Program-made: the position numbers and the translations under genes
Source: Cetorhinus maximus
Taxonomy: Eukaryota
DNA: 64,000 bases
Reading direction: 5' to 3'
NCBI RefSeq assembly: GCF_964194155.1
Contig: NC_135895.1
Coordinates: 53,134,001 to 53,198,000 of the forward strand
In this document: piece after piece, positions 49,880-61,870 of the stretch
Position numbering within the stretch: position 1 is the first letter of the stretch
Layout of the letters: the number at the start of each line of letters is the position of its first letter
The notes under the pieces: model-generated
Told to the model about the DNA's origin: nothing
What the model saw: only the letters and a program-made list of their open reading frames with translations
The model's database searches: none

Positions 49880-52690
49880 CTGCAAGCTCCAACAACTCAT
49901 TGATACCAACGCCCATCCAGGACCCTCCACCCCTACCCACCCCTCTGACCCCATCCCGTCTTCTAATCCTGACCCCGGCCATGTATTCACCCATACCCCC
50001 TGACCTTCCCCTCTCTGGTGCTGAACGTTCAGTACTTAGCAAAGGACTCAGTTTCATACCTTTACGCCCTCACCTCAATGAATTCCGGGCTCGGCACAAT
50101 GCAGAACTCTTCTTCCGCTGCCTTCGTTTCCGTGCTCACTTATTTGGGCAGGAGTCCTCTCCATGTTCAACGGATCTTTTAACCCGCCTCCAGTATTCTC
50201 TTTCCACCTGGACCCCTCCCTCTGGCCTCTAACCTGCTCTTGATCTTTTCATTGAGAACTGTTGGCGTGACATCGGCCCTGTCTATTTCTCTGCTCCTCT
50301 CACCCACCCTAACCTGTCTCCTTCTGAACTTGCTCCTTTTTCTCAGGTCCAACTCTGACTTTGTTATCAAATTGGCCGACAAGGATGGTGCTGTTGTTGT
50401 CTGGCGCGCTGACCTCTGGAGAGTTGGCTGAGCGTCAACTCGCAGACACTTCCTCCTACCTTTTCCTGGACCGTGAACCCACCACCGAACATCAAGCCAT
50501 TGTTTCCAGGACTGTCACTGACCTCATCTCCTCTGGTGATCTCCCAACTTCAGACAGCCCGCTTCTACCTCCTCTTCAAAATCCACAAACAGGACTGTCC
50601 CAGTAGACTGATCTTGTCAGCCTGTTCCTGCCCCACGGAACTCATTTCTTCCTATCTTGACTCCGTTCTCTCTCTCCCCTTGTCTAGTCTCTTCCCACCG
50701 ACATCTGCAATTCCTCTGATGCCCTACATCATATCAACAATTTCCAGTTCCCTGGCCTCAGCCGCTCCTTTTCACCATGGATGTTCGATCCCTCTACACC
50801 TCCATCCCCCACCAGGATGGCCTGAGGGCTCTCCGCTTCTTCTTTGAACAGAGGCCCGAACAATCCCCACCCACCACCACCCTCCTCAGTCTGGCTGAAC
50901 TTGTTCTCTCACTGAACAATTTCTCCTTAAACTCGCCTCACTTTCTCCAAATAAAAGGTGTGGCTATGGGCACCCGCATGGGCCCCAGTTATGCCTGTCT
51001 CTTTATGGGGTATGTGGAACATTCTTTGTTCCAGTCCTACTCAGGCCCCCTCCCACAACTCTTTCTCCGGTACATCGATGACTGTTTCGGTTCCGCTTCA
51101 TGCTCTCGTCTGGATCTGGAAAAATTTATCAATTTTGCTTCCAATTTCCACCCCCTCATCACTTTCACGTGCTCCATAACTGACACTTCCCTTCCTTTCC
51201 TTGACCTCTCTGTCCCAATTTCTGGTGATAGACTGTCCACCAATATTCATTACAATTCACTGACTCCTACAACTACCTTGACTACGACTCCTCACACCCT
51301 GCTTCCTGTAAGGACCCCATCCCATTCTCCTAGTTCCTTCGCCTCTGTCTCATCTGTTCAGACGATGCCACTTTCCAAAACAGTGCTTCTGACAAGCCTT
51401 CCTTCTTCCTTAACCGAGGCTTCCCACCCACGGTGGTTGACTGGAGCTTGACTGTGTCCGACCTGTCTCCCGTGCCTCTGCCCTCACACCTCCCTCTCCC
51501 TCCCAGAACCATGATAGGGTCCCCCTTGTCCTCACTTTTCACCCCACCAGCCTCCGCATTTAAAGGATCATCCTCTGCCATTTCCGCCAACTCCAGCATG
51601 ATGCCACCACCAAAACACATCTTCCCTTCACCCCCCCTGTCGGCATTCCACAGGGATCGTTCCCTCCGGGACACCCTGGTCCACTCCTCCATCATCCCCA
51701 ACACATCCCATGGCACCTTCCCATGCAATCGCAGAAGGTGCAATACCTGCCCCTTTACTTCCCCCGTCCTCACCTTCCAAGGGCCCAAACACTCCTTTCA
51801 AGTGAAGCAGCATTTCACTTGCACTTCCCTCAATTTGGTCCACTGCATTTGCTGTTCCCAATGCGGTTTCCTTTACATTGGAGAGACCAAACGCAGACTG
51901 GGTGACCGCTTTGCGGAACATCTTCGGTCTGTCCGCAAGCATGACCCAGACCCTCCTGTTGCTTGCCATTTCGAGTCACCACCCTGCTCTCATGCCCACA
52001 TGTCCGTCCTTGGCCTGCTGCAATGTTCCAGTGAAGCTCAACGCAAACTGGAGGAACAGCACCTCATCTTCCGATTAGGCACTTTACAGCCTCCCGGACT
52101 TAACATTGAGTTCAACAACTTCTGATCATGAACTCTCTCCTCCACCCTCACACCTTTTTGATCCCCTTTTTTCAAATATTTATTTTTTAATTTTTATGTA
52201 TATATTTTCATCCCTACCTATTCCTATTATTATTATTATTTTCTAAATTTATTTCCATTCATTGTTTTATCGCCACCTTTTAACCTATTTTCATCTTTTC
52301 TCCCACACTGCCCCCTCCCCCCCACCCTGCCCCACTAGGGCCATCTGTCACTTGCTCATCCTGCTTCCCACTCTTAATATCACCATTAGCACCTCCTTTA
52401 GCCAGTATCACCACCGCCAACACCCCTTTTGTTTATGACATCTTTTGCAATTTCCCCTTTGCCTCCACCTATCACTAGCCTTCTATTCAGCTTCACCTGT
52501 CCCCACCCGCCTTAAACAATATATATTTCACCACATTTTTACTTCTCTTTAGTTCTGAAGAAGAGTCATAAGGACTCAAACCGTTAACTCTGTCTTTCTC
52601 TCCACAGATGCTGTCAGACCTGCTGAGTTTTCTAGCGATTTTTGTTTTTGTTTCAGATTTCCAGCATCTGCAGTATTTTGCTTTTTTCTG
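49880..52690 (+). mobile_element. Penelope-like element (Neptune-type): RT, Cys linker and GIY-YIG endonuclease, frameshifted, with 3' terminal repeat
   Basis: MDVRSLYTSIPH, GVAMGTRMGPSYA and FLRYIDD (50777-51451). CNRRRCNTC and CSQCGFLYIGETKRRLGDRFAEH...LQPPGLN (51433-52125). Hammerhead-like motif at 52551-52589. Confidence 0.93.
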
Positions 52691-53812
52691 ATTTCCCCCT
52701 TTGTAAGTTCAGTTTGGAGTGATCTAATCCTCTATTAATAACCCCACAGCAAACTCGAGATGAGGCAAAATAAGAGAGCTGTTTTATTTTACACACACAC
52801 ACAAAACACAGGAAGGGGTTTTGCAATGTCCGCCCCTTTTTGCACTTGTACAATAAAAGATGGATAAGGGAAAAAAAGAGGTACAGGGCAAGACCATGAT
52901 AAAAATAAAAGTTATGGCTTCATGTTAGTCCATAGTCCAAAATCAAAAGCCCAGTGGGGTATTCCTTCAGAGATTAGCAGGCTGAAACTGTTGCAGGGTG
53001 ATTCGTCTTTCCAGAAACGAGGACTTCCCTGATGGAAGAGGGAAAGTTGAAATGGGTTAATCTTATAGGTCCAGATACAGGAGCTCCAGTGTTCCAGTAG
53101 TTCACAGTGTCGATTAGGGCCAGGCAATTTACCTGGGCAGAGCTTTTTCTGCTGCTACCGTGTAAGGTGGTAAAATGGTAGACTGTGTGGGTTCAGCTCC
53201 ACGTGGCAATATTGCAGGTTCTAGCAGCTTGGGAAGGTCTTGTGACATCATGTGTCATTCCTCTCACTTCTCCTGGGTTTTGGACAAAGGATGTATCTTT
53301 CCAGGTCTGGAATCTTGAGAGGTTTAATAGAGGACTCATGGTCCCTTTTATCCTTGCACACATACTGTCTTTGGGGCCAGACCTCTGCCTTAGAAATGTA
53401 ACGGGTGTTTGTGCATTTCTTTGGAATTCGATTTTCTGCAGTCCCAGGGGACATTAGCATCTCTTCAGATATAACAAGGCGCCTGCTTGTTTTCTGAAGA
53501 TTACAAATTTCTCTGGTATGAGTCATGGCTAGTCAGGCATGTCAGGGTAAAGCCTTTGTCCAATTTAAAAATAAGATAATTTTATAAGGTATCCAGGTTG
53601 ACGTCAATATATTTTTCTTCCTGTCTCTTGGACAGGACAACAGCATTTAAAAAAACCTGGACTTCTGACCAGAATTCTGCACCCCCCACTTCCACCCACC
53701 CAGTTAAATACCCTGCTCCAGTAAAGGTAGGGAGTTAATTCTTTGATTATAGGATTGATTTTACTGTTTGTGGTTCTGAATCAATCAAAAAATTATTCAT
53801 TTTTGTTTTAAG

Positions 53813-53891
53813 AGAGGATTGTGGCACAGTTCCTGGTTTCCTGCAGGACCATTATCTGGATTCTTCCTGGAGGAGTAACAATGGTTTTTTG
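53813..53891 (+). CDS. mysm1: MYSM1 exon 2 (EDCGTVPGFLQDHYLDSSWRSNNGFL)
   Basis: TTTTGTTTTAAG acceptor, GTAAGT donor, phase 2 to 0. Matches human DHYLDSSWRTENGL. Confidence 0.93.
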
Positions 53892-54249
53892 GTAAGTCCT
53901 AAAACTCAGCATTGTGGTGGGTAATTTTAAATTTGTTGAATTTGTTAAGTATAAAAATGTAATTTCCTGTGAAGCATCAGTTTTTCAACAATGGGTCGCC
54001 AAACCAAGTTATCAAATTCTGCAACTAAGCTCATACACTAGTTCAGTGTTACGCATTTGGGTCACCTTTCAGGTTTAATGGCACCAGTTGCTCTTGAAAG
54101 AAGACTAAAATCTCTTATTTTTGTGGGAGTTGACTCAGTGCCATACCTACTTGTTTAATAAGGTAACACAAGGATGTCTCATGTTTTTGACTGATAATTG
54201 GTGCCTTTTTGTATGTGCACTTCATTAATCTTCAAGTGGCTTCTTATGC

Positions 54250-56410
54250 CAGCTCATATTAAAGCTCCTGATGTCTGCAGAAAAACACCCTCCTCAGAGA
54301 ACCCCACTGGCTGACAGCTAACAAAGCACTCCCATTGACACAGGACCTCAAATAAAACCCATGTACTCATATGAAATCCCACAGTCCCTATTAGAAAACA
54401 AGCCGCATCCAGAAAACTGATGACAGCCCCACCTCTCGATGGCGCACGTCTTGGTTGACTGCAAACAGCAACCTGGTAACTGACCCGAGTGGTGAAGTTA
54501 TTGGCTTCAATCTTCCAAGGAGCTAATGGGAGGAAAGTACTTGTAACAGTCTCTATCATGAGGGACAAAGCTTTTGACAAACTAATGGGACTAAAGGCAG
54601 ACAAGTCACCAGGACCTGATGGCCTGAATCCAAGGGTTTTAAAGGGAGTGGCTGCAGAAATAGTGGAGGCATTGGTTGAAATATTCCAGAACTCGCTGGA
54701 TTCCGGGAGGGTCCCAGCGGATTGGAAAACCGCTAATGTGACACCCCTGTTCAAGAAGGGAGGGAGTCAAAAAGCAAGAAACTATAGGCCAGTCAGCCTA
54801 ACATCTGTCGTTGGGAAAATGCCGGAGTACATTATTAAGGAAGAAATAGCAAGACATTTAGAAAAGCTTAATGCAACCAAACAGAGTCAGCATGGTTTTG
54901 TGAAAGGGAAATCATGTTTGACAATTTTCTAGAGTTCTTTGAGGATATAACAAGCAGAGTTGATAAAGGAGAACAGGTAGACGTAGTGTATTTGGATTTC
55001 CAAAAGGCATTCAGTAAGGTGCCACACAAAAGGTTATTGCACAAGATAGGAGCTCACCGTATTGGGGGTAATGTATTAGCATGGATTGAGGATTGGTTAA
55101 CACACAGAAAACAGAGAGATGGGATTAATGGGTCTTTTTCAGGTTGGAAAGACATAACTAGTGGAGTGCCACAAGGATCAGTCCTGGGGCCTCAATTATT
55201 TACTATCTATATTAATGACTTGGAGGAGGGGGCAGAGTGTAATGTATCCAAATTTGCTGATGCTACAAAAATAGGCAGGAGGGCATGTTGTGATGAGGAC
55301 CTAAGGAACCTGCAAGGGGATATAGATAGGTTGAGTGAGTGGGCAAAAACTTGGCAGATGGGGGAAAGTGTGAGGTCATGCGTTTTGGTAGGAAGAATCA
55401 AAAGGCAGACTATTATTTAAATGGAGAGAGACTCCAAAAAATTGCAGCATAGTGGAATCTGAGTGTTCTTGTGCATGAAACACAAAGTTAACACGCAGGT
55501 GCAGCAAGTAATTAAGAAGGAAAATGGAATTTTGGCCTGTATTGCTAGGGGGTTGGAGTTTAAAAATAAGGAAGTCTTGTTACAACTGTACAGGGGTTGG
55601 TGAGGCCGCACCTTGAGTACTGTGTACCGTTTTGGTCCCTGTATTTAAGAAAGGATATACTGGCATTGGAGGCAGTTCAAAAGAGATTCACTAGGCTGAT
55701 TCCTGGGATAAAAGGGTTGACCTATCAAGAATGTCAGGTTAGGCCTTTATTCATTAGAGTTTAGAAGAATGAGGGTGATCTTATTGAAATGTACAAGATT
55801 CTGAGGGGGCTTGACAGTGTAGAAGCTGAGAAGATGTTTCCACCAGTGGAGGAATCTTGAACAAGGGGACAAAGTTGCAGAATAAGGGGACACTTATTTA
55901 AACTGAGATGTGAAGGAATTTCTTCTCTTGGAGAGTAGTGAATGTCTGGAATTCTCTACCCCAGAGAGTTATGGAGGCTCGATCACTGAAAGCATATAAA
56001 GAGGAGGTGGATAGATTTTTGAAATATCATGGAGTTGAAGGTTATGAGGAGCTGGCACTAAAGAGGAGTTCAGGCCTAGGGCAGATCAGCCATGATCTTA
56101 TTGAATGGCGGGGCAGGCTTGAGGGGCTGAATGGCCTATTCCTGCTATTTTTTATGTTCCAAGGAAAATCTGGACAACCCTCAACAGATTGAGGACAGGC
56201 CAGGGAGGATGTGGCCACTTGCTCCACAAGAACAGCTCAAATTGTGATCGTGGCCATCCCAGTCAGACCACCGCCCATTTATTAAACATTTACCTTGAGT
56301 GAACCATCCCTGGTGGCATCACAACCATTCGCATTCTGTCAGCTGAAGCCATTGAGTAGATTATTAACCTTGACATCAAACTATAACTGCTTCCTCGGCC
56401 ATACGAATTT
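54250..56410 (+). mobile_element. Vingi (Ingi-related) LINE 3' fragment split by a CR1 insertion
   Basis: Joining 54521 to 56166 restores LVTDPSGEVIGFNLPR-KIWTTLNRLRTGQGGCGHLLHK...CDRGHPSQTTAH. Ends NLDIKL* followed by GCCATACGA. Confidence 0.7.
54522..56156 (+). mobile_element. CR1 LINE with a 9-bp TSD
   Basis: KSPGPDGLNPRVLK, NYRPVSLTSVVGK and SGVPQGSVLGPQLF motifs. TTCCAAGGA at 54513-54521 and 56157-56165. Confidence 0.93.
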
Positions 56411-56777
56411 TAAAAATGCTCAAAAGACAAACCAAGTAAATGCTTGATGAGGCAAGGCCAGTTGATATTATTGGACTTAGTTAATTCAATCCACGCAATT
56501 TATCCCCAGGTAACGATGCAAAATTAACAGCGTACCACATTACTCCACATTACTAGGTGGTCTTAATTTAAACAAGATGGCCTCTACCTATTTTTCAGCA
56601 TCTGTAACCTTTTTGACTCAGTGAAAATGCTCACAAATTTCCCTGGCTGTCTTTGAAGGCTTTCCTGTTTCAGAAAGCCTCTGCTTGACTCTGTACGATC
56701 TCTTGCTGATCAAAGACTTTCCGGCACAATGGGTGTGAGGTGTTAATTGAATACCAAGGTAGTCTAACAAATCACTT

Positions 56778-56881
56778 CACTCTGAAGAAGAATCATACAG
56801 ACTCGAAAGGTTAACTCTGTTTCTCTCTCCACAGATGCTGTCAGACCTGCTGAGTTTTTCCAGCATCTTCTGTTTTTATTA
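56778..56881 (+). mobile_element. 104-bp family-A hammerhead-motif element with a 15-bp TSD
   Basis: TCTAACAAATCACTT at 56763-56777 and 56882-56896. Begins CACT-CTGAAGA-AGAATC-ATAC-AGACTC-GAAA-GGTT-AACT. Confidence 0.88.
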
Positions 56882-57762
56882 TCTAACAAATCACTTATTG
56901 TTTACAGTCCATAGGAAAATTACAGCAACTCTAGTGCTTTCGTCTATCTCAAAGACCTTTTGTTAACTTATCTAAATACACTACGCTTTTAAAAACCCAA
57001 CATTAAAAGTGACCCTTTTTGTCCAATTTCTTTTTGTGGAACATTGCAGTAGCAGAACAGAACCTTTACCTTCTTAAGCCTGTTCTGTCATTCATTTAAA
57101 TAAAGCTGCTTTATACCTTAAATCCATTTACCTGTATTTAATCCGTATTCCTGATACTCTTACCTTGTGAAGATCTGTGGACCCCTTGAAAATTTCAGCT
57201 GACCCACAGCATTCACACTTGCTTACAAGCAATGGAATTCCAGATTTGCACTAGCCTTTGTGTTTCCTGATTTCACTCGTAAACAGCCTAGCTCTAATTT
57301 TGAGATTATGCCCCCTTATTCTGGATTTCTCCTCATCCCACCCCAAGAGCGAATAGTTTCCATCTGCACTCTAGAATCCTGTCATAATTTGAAATATTTC
57401 AACTTCATCAGCCCTCATTACCTTCTAATTTCAGGGGAACAAAAGCCCAATTTATGCAAGCTGTCCTCATAATTTAACCCTTTAAACCTTGAGAAGGTGG
57501 TGAATAGATTCTGAAATGTGAAAAACATCAAGAACAACTCACACTTATATTAGTGCATTTTATGATCTCAGGACATCCTAAAATGCTAGTGAAGTAGTTT
57601 TGCAGTGTAGTGACTGTGGTAATGTAGGGAAATGCAGACACATATTTCCTCACATCAAGCTCTCAGAAAAAAACAATGAAATAAATGATGAGATCATTTG
57701 GTGTTGATCAAAGGATAAATATTCTGAGTTTTTTGTGTTTTCATCATTCTTTATTTTCACAG

Positions 57763-57833
57763 TCCTGGACTTTGGATAGCTCTCTCAGTGAAGAGAATAG
57801 AGCAGCTATTGAGAAGATGTTACAAGAGGAAGA
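57763..57833 (+). CDS. mysm1: MYSM1 exon 3 ([23 protein letters not shown])
   Basis: TTTTCACAG acceptor. Matches human [24 protein letters not shown]. Ends at the U12-type donor, phase 2. Confidence 0.95.
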
Positions 57834-59029
57834 GTATCCTTTTCATTGGTGGCATTATTGTATAGATTCATTACCACTGGAGTGAGATGTAATTATGTTT
57901 GCAGATAATCTTTCTCCCTCAGTGCAACACAGGCGTGCTGTCTCTCCAATTTGAAACTTTGCCTTTCTCTATGCCTTTATACCGAGTGACTCCTGATCCT
58001 AAATAATTTCAACCACCATCTAAATTCCCTCTCCCTCTTCTGTCCTCACTTAATTTCATCCTGCATGTCAACTCTGCATTTTCATCACTACTCCCCTGAC
58101 TTCACTACTAGATGTGATCTTGGTACCTCTGAGGGCTACACTGTTGAACTTGTTACTTCTGAGCACTTCTACTTCTCTTTGCTATCCAAAATCCTACTTT
58201 TGCTCTGCCCTACTACCATCACCCTGTTCTGTTGGGAAAAACTAACTGCTTATCCCTTTCCAGTTCTCAATTCTCTCTCCTTTAGCCCTCCATCTACCAA
58301 GGTGCTGCTATCTCTGTTGATCTTCTCAGTAGCTGCCACTGCTTCAAACACCATCACAGTCTGTCACTCAAGTTGTTTCCCTGTACAAGGCTTCAGAGTC
58401 AAAAGCTTGAGTGCAGATGCTGCAATATTGACCCAATCATGCCTTAGAAGACCTGGACTTGATCATGAAAAAAAATAGCCTCATCCTCTGCAGCCAAATC
58501 ATCAGCTTGCACTAAATTATTTTTGTGAGCAAGAGTGATCCCATATTCTCTTCCTGCATTATCTCTTCAAGCTCCTAAAGTCTTCACAGGATTTACTCCT
58601 ACAACTTGTTCCATAAATTGGCCCTGCTGTGAAGTAATAAGGTAATGAAATTGGAGGCAAGTGGAATTTATTTCTAGAACAGAGTCCACAGTATATTTAG
58701 AAACAGTTAATAGCCCAAATCTTCCACGAAGCAGCAATCACTGTTGGATTGCTGCCACTCTCCTACTTTTCTGCAGCGTGACAGAGCTCCACGTTTTAGG
58801 CCCGGTCTTCCGATCCCAGCTTCTTTAGAAATGCAATGCGGTCTTCCACCAAACTGCTTCCTTGTAGCGCTGGAATATCGGGGGAAGACAAGCCACATCC
58901 CCTTTTTACGGCACTAGCTGCCTTATTCTGGTAAGCATTCACTGACTCACTGAAAAGCTTTGAGACATTTTAACAGCTTTTCAGTATGTTAGTGAATGAG
59001 TGAGTAAATGGGTAAATGTGTAGGTGTGT

Positions 59030-59345
59030 AAGTGGGTAGGGCAGCAGGTTGTTAGGGTGGCAGATCCATAAGGTCGAGGAGGGGTCAAGTCGGGTGAGGG
59101 GTTGTCAGGTCGGGGGCTAGTCAGGTCGGGTTGGGGGAATCTGGGAGCCAAGGGGGAGTCAGATAGTGGGAGCTAGTCAGTTCAGGTTGCGGTGGAGTCA
59201 GAGGTCAGTGGTGGAGTCAGCTGTCAGAGGCTGGTTGGGAGGTCGGGGGAGTCAGGTCGGGTTAATGGGGGGTTGGGTGTGTAGTCTGGGGCCAAGGGGG
59301 GTAGTTGGGGGTCAAGGGGAGTGGGGAGGAGGGGTGGGGTCAGTT
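59030..59345 (+). repeat. G-rich low-complexity repeat (GTCAGGTCGGG-like units)
   Basis: Degenerate GTCAGGTCGGG / GGAGTCAG units with runs of G. Confidence 0.7.
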
Positions 59346-59629
59346 GCATAGTTAACTAGGAGGTAGACTACGATTTTTACATCTAACATTTCCTGCGTAA
59401 CTATCCAGGTAGGTAAGTTGGAACTGTCCGAAGTCTCCGGCTCTAACTCAGAGTTGTAGACTTTTGTGGAGGGTCATGAGGAATTGCCCATTGTAAATTC
59501 AGACTTCCCAGGCGATTTCCATGAGTCAGCGTGTCAGAACTTCCACGGGGTCCTGAAGCACATCTTGGGGGCTGGGGCAGTGGAGGGGTACATCCGGCCT
59601 CAGACTGTCTGGAGACCAGAAGATCTGGA

Positions 59630-59760
59630 CCTTTCAGGTTAATGACCTGAAACTTTAACTCTGTTTCTCTCTCCACAGATGCTGCCTGATCTGCCATGTA
59701 TTTTCAGCATTTCCTGTTTTTATTTCAGATTTCCAGCATCTGCAGTATTTTGCTTTTGTC
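59630..59760 (+). mobile_element. Family-A Penelope terminal-repeat fragment
   Basis: GACCTGAAACTTTAACTCTGTTTCTCTCTCCACAGATGCTG...CAGTATTTTGCTTTT is homologous to 52575-52685. Confidence 0.8.
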
Positions 59761-60369
59761 CACAGAATATCAGTTGGTTAGAACAAGCTTCCTGTTTGTT
59801 CACCATATCTTCTCAATTTGGCAGTCTTATTTTCTGTTTCTCTTTATTCTTTTTAGTTTTCTTCTTCCTCCTTTTTCTGTAGAAGTTGATTCTTTGCTTG
59901 CAGTATGGGCACTAGTTCCCTGGACACTAGTCCAGCATTACTCCACTCAAGTGTTTATTCCTGATATGAAAGTCTTTGTTAGTTAACAGTCTAGGTTAAG
60001 CAACCTAGTTAACTTTCTCCTCCCTAATCCAAGAGCATCAATGCTAATTTTTCACTGCTAGCCAGTTCTAGTTGGGATCAGTTACCTCAGTACAGACTGG
60101 GAATTAAACCTAGGATGGTCCTGATCTGTATGGTTACCTTCTATTCTGCTGAGCCATCAGCAATGTCTTCTTTCTCATTAAGGTGGATCTGTGAAGAATT
60201 CATGGAACTTTAAAAAATGAAGCAAATGCTAATGGAAACCTATAATATAATGGTCCCTGAATGCAGTTTGTATGTCTTTAAATTGTAATCTCTCATACCC
60301 TGGATAAGTATTTCTCCATAATGTAACTCATTCTTCTTTGCTTATGTGTGTTCCTTAACCATTTGATAG

Positions 60370-60447
60370 ATACTACCTAACAGGGAAAAAACATCCACAA
60401 GGCAGCTGGTCTGATCACCAAGAGAGAGAGAAAATATCTGTGAAAAG
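60370..60447 (+). CDS. mysm1: MYSM1 exon 4 (YYLTGKKHPQGSWSDHQEREKISVK)
   Basis: Frame-compatible with exon 3. Similar to human YYLSKKSQPEKVWLDQKEDDKKYMK. Donor AG|GTGAAT. Confidence 0.9.
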
Positions 60448-61214
60448 GTGAATTGACATGTATAGTAAATGGAGATCCATTTATTAATATTTAAAGCGTA
60501 TAATGTACTACTTTTTAAACAAACTTTAACCGAAACCTCCCTTTTTTAAGCTGTTTAATAAAATATAATAACACCAGAAAATATATTCTAATTACTACAC
60601 ATGAGGAGTGAAAATATCTGTATTCAAGACCAGTTAAGATGAAATGAGGAGCTCCCTGTTGGATCAGCGCTTTTATCCAATGAAAAGTTAAGACTCATCA
60701 ACCACGAAAATTCCAGGTTCATACTCTGCTTCATGATAGGTTAGCTGTTCTCAGATGAGGGAAGTTATAGTTTTGCTGTAGTGCCCCATGTTATGAGAAC
60801 ATCACTTGAGTTTTGCTTGTGGTAACCTTTCCTGCTTTGAAGTGTACACTTGTGGATATCGGGTAGGGACAGGATTGAGCTTGGTTATGAAGCCATTTGC
60901 AGTCACATGCTTAGATTAACTGTTAAGGTTTATATTTGAATATTGGCCATGAGGGTGAGGTAGTGGAAGGCACCCAGGGCCGTTTAATCATTACCTTGAG
61001 GCAAGATAGAAAGGGAAGAAAGTTGATTGGAAATCTTTAAAACATGAACTTCAAAACCTGTTGTATTATTTTCCACACACTTTTGTGGATGGGTAGAGTG
61101 TTACTGTTGTAGGAACTACTTTGTACGAGTTCACATGGTACCAGTTAAATCTCTGTTTTGTAGAGTATGTGAAAACATTCATTGATTTCTTTTCATTTTA
61201 AGGGAAGGAAGATA

Positions 61215-61870
61215 TAGAATCATAGTTGTTGACAACACAGGAGGCCATTCAGCCCGTGTCTGTGCCGGCTCTCTGCAAGGCCAGATCACCTACTGCCGCT
61301 CCCCTGGTATTTCCTGATAGCTCTGCAATTATTTTTCTTCAGATGACTATCCAGTTCTCTTTTGAAGGCCTCAATTGAATATGCCTCCACCGCACTCTCA
61401 GGCAGTACATCCCAGACCCTAACCACTCACAGCATAAGGAAGTTTTTCCTTATGCCACCATTGCTTCTTTTGACAATCACATTAAATTGGTTTCTCATCT
61501 TTCCTGCCAATGGAAACAGTTTCTCCCTATCTACTCTGTCCAGACCCTTCATGATTTTGAACACTTCAATTAAATCTCCTTAATCTCTCCTCCAAGGAGA
61601 ACAGCTTCAGCTTCTCCAAACTATCCATGTAACTGAAGTTCCTCATTCCTGGAACTCTTTTTGTGAATCTTTTCTGCACCCTCTCTAATGCCTTCACATC
61701 TTAATGTATGGTACCCAGACCTGGATACAGTAGTCCAGTTGAGGGTGAAACAGTATTTTATACAGGTTTATCATAACTTCCTTGCTTTTGTACTTTATGC
61801 CCCTATTTATAAAGCCCAGGATCGTATATGCTTTGTTGCCACTTTCTCAACCTGTCACTGTCAGTGATTT
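61215..61870 (-). mobile_element. CR1 LINE 3' fragment
   Basis: ATAGAATCATAG tail and reverse-complement ORF2 end homologous to 45485-45970. Confidence 0.85.

Larger units (their letters stand above)
57834..60369 (+). other. U12-type (minor spliceosome) GT-AG intron of mysm1
   Basis: 5' splice site GTATCCTTT. Branch point TTCCTTAAC at 60351-60359, 10 nt before the intron end, with no pyrimidine tract between. Splicing restores EEEYYL. Confidence 0.93.
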
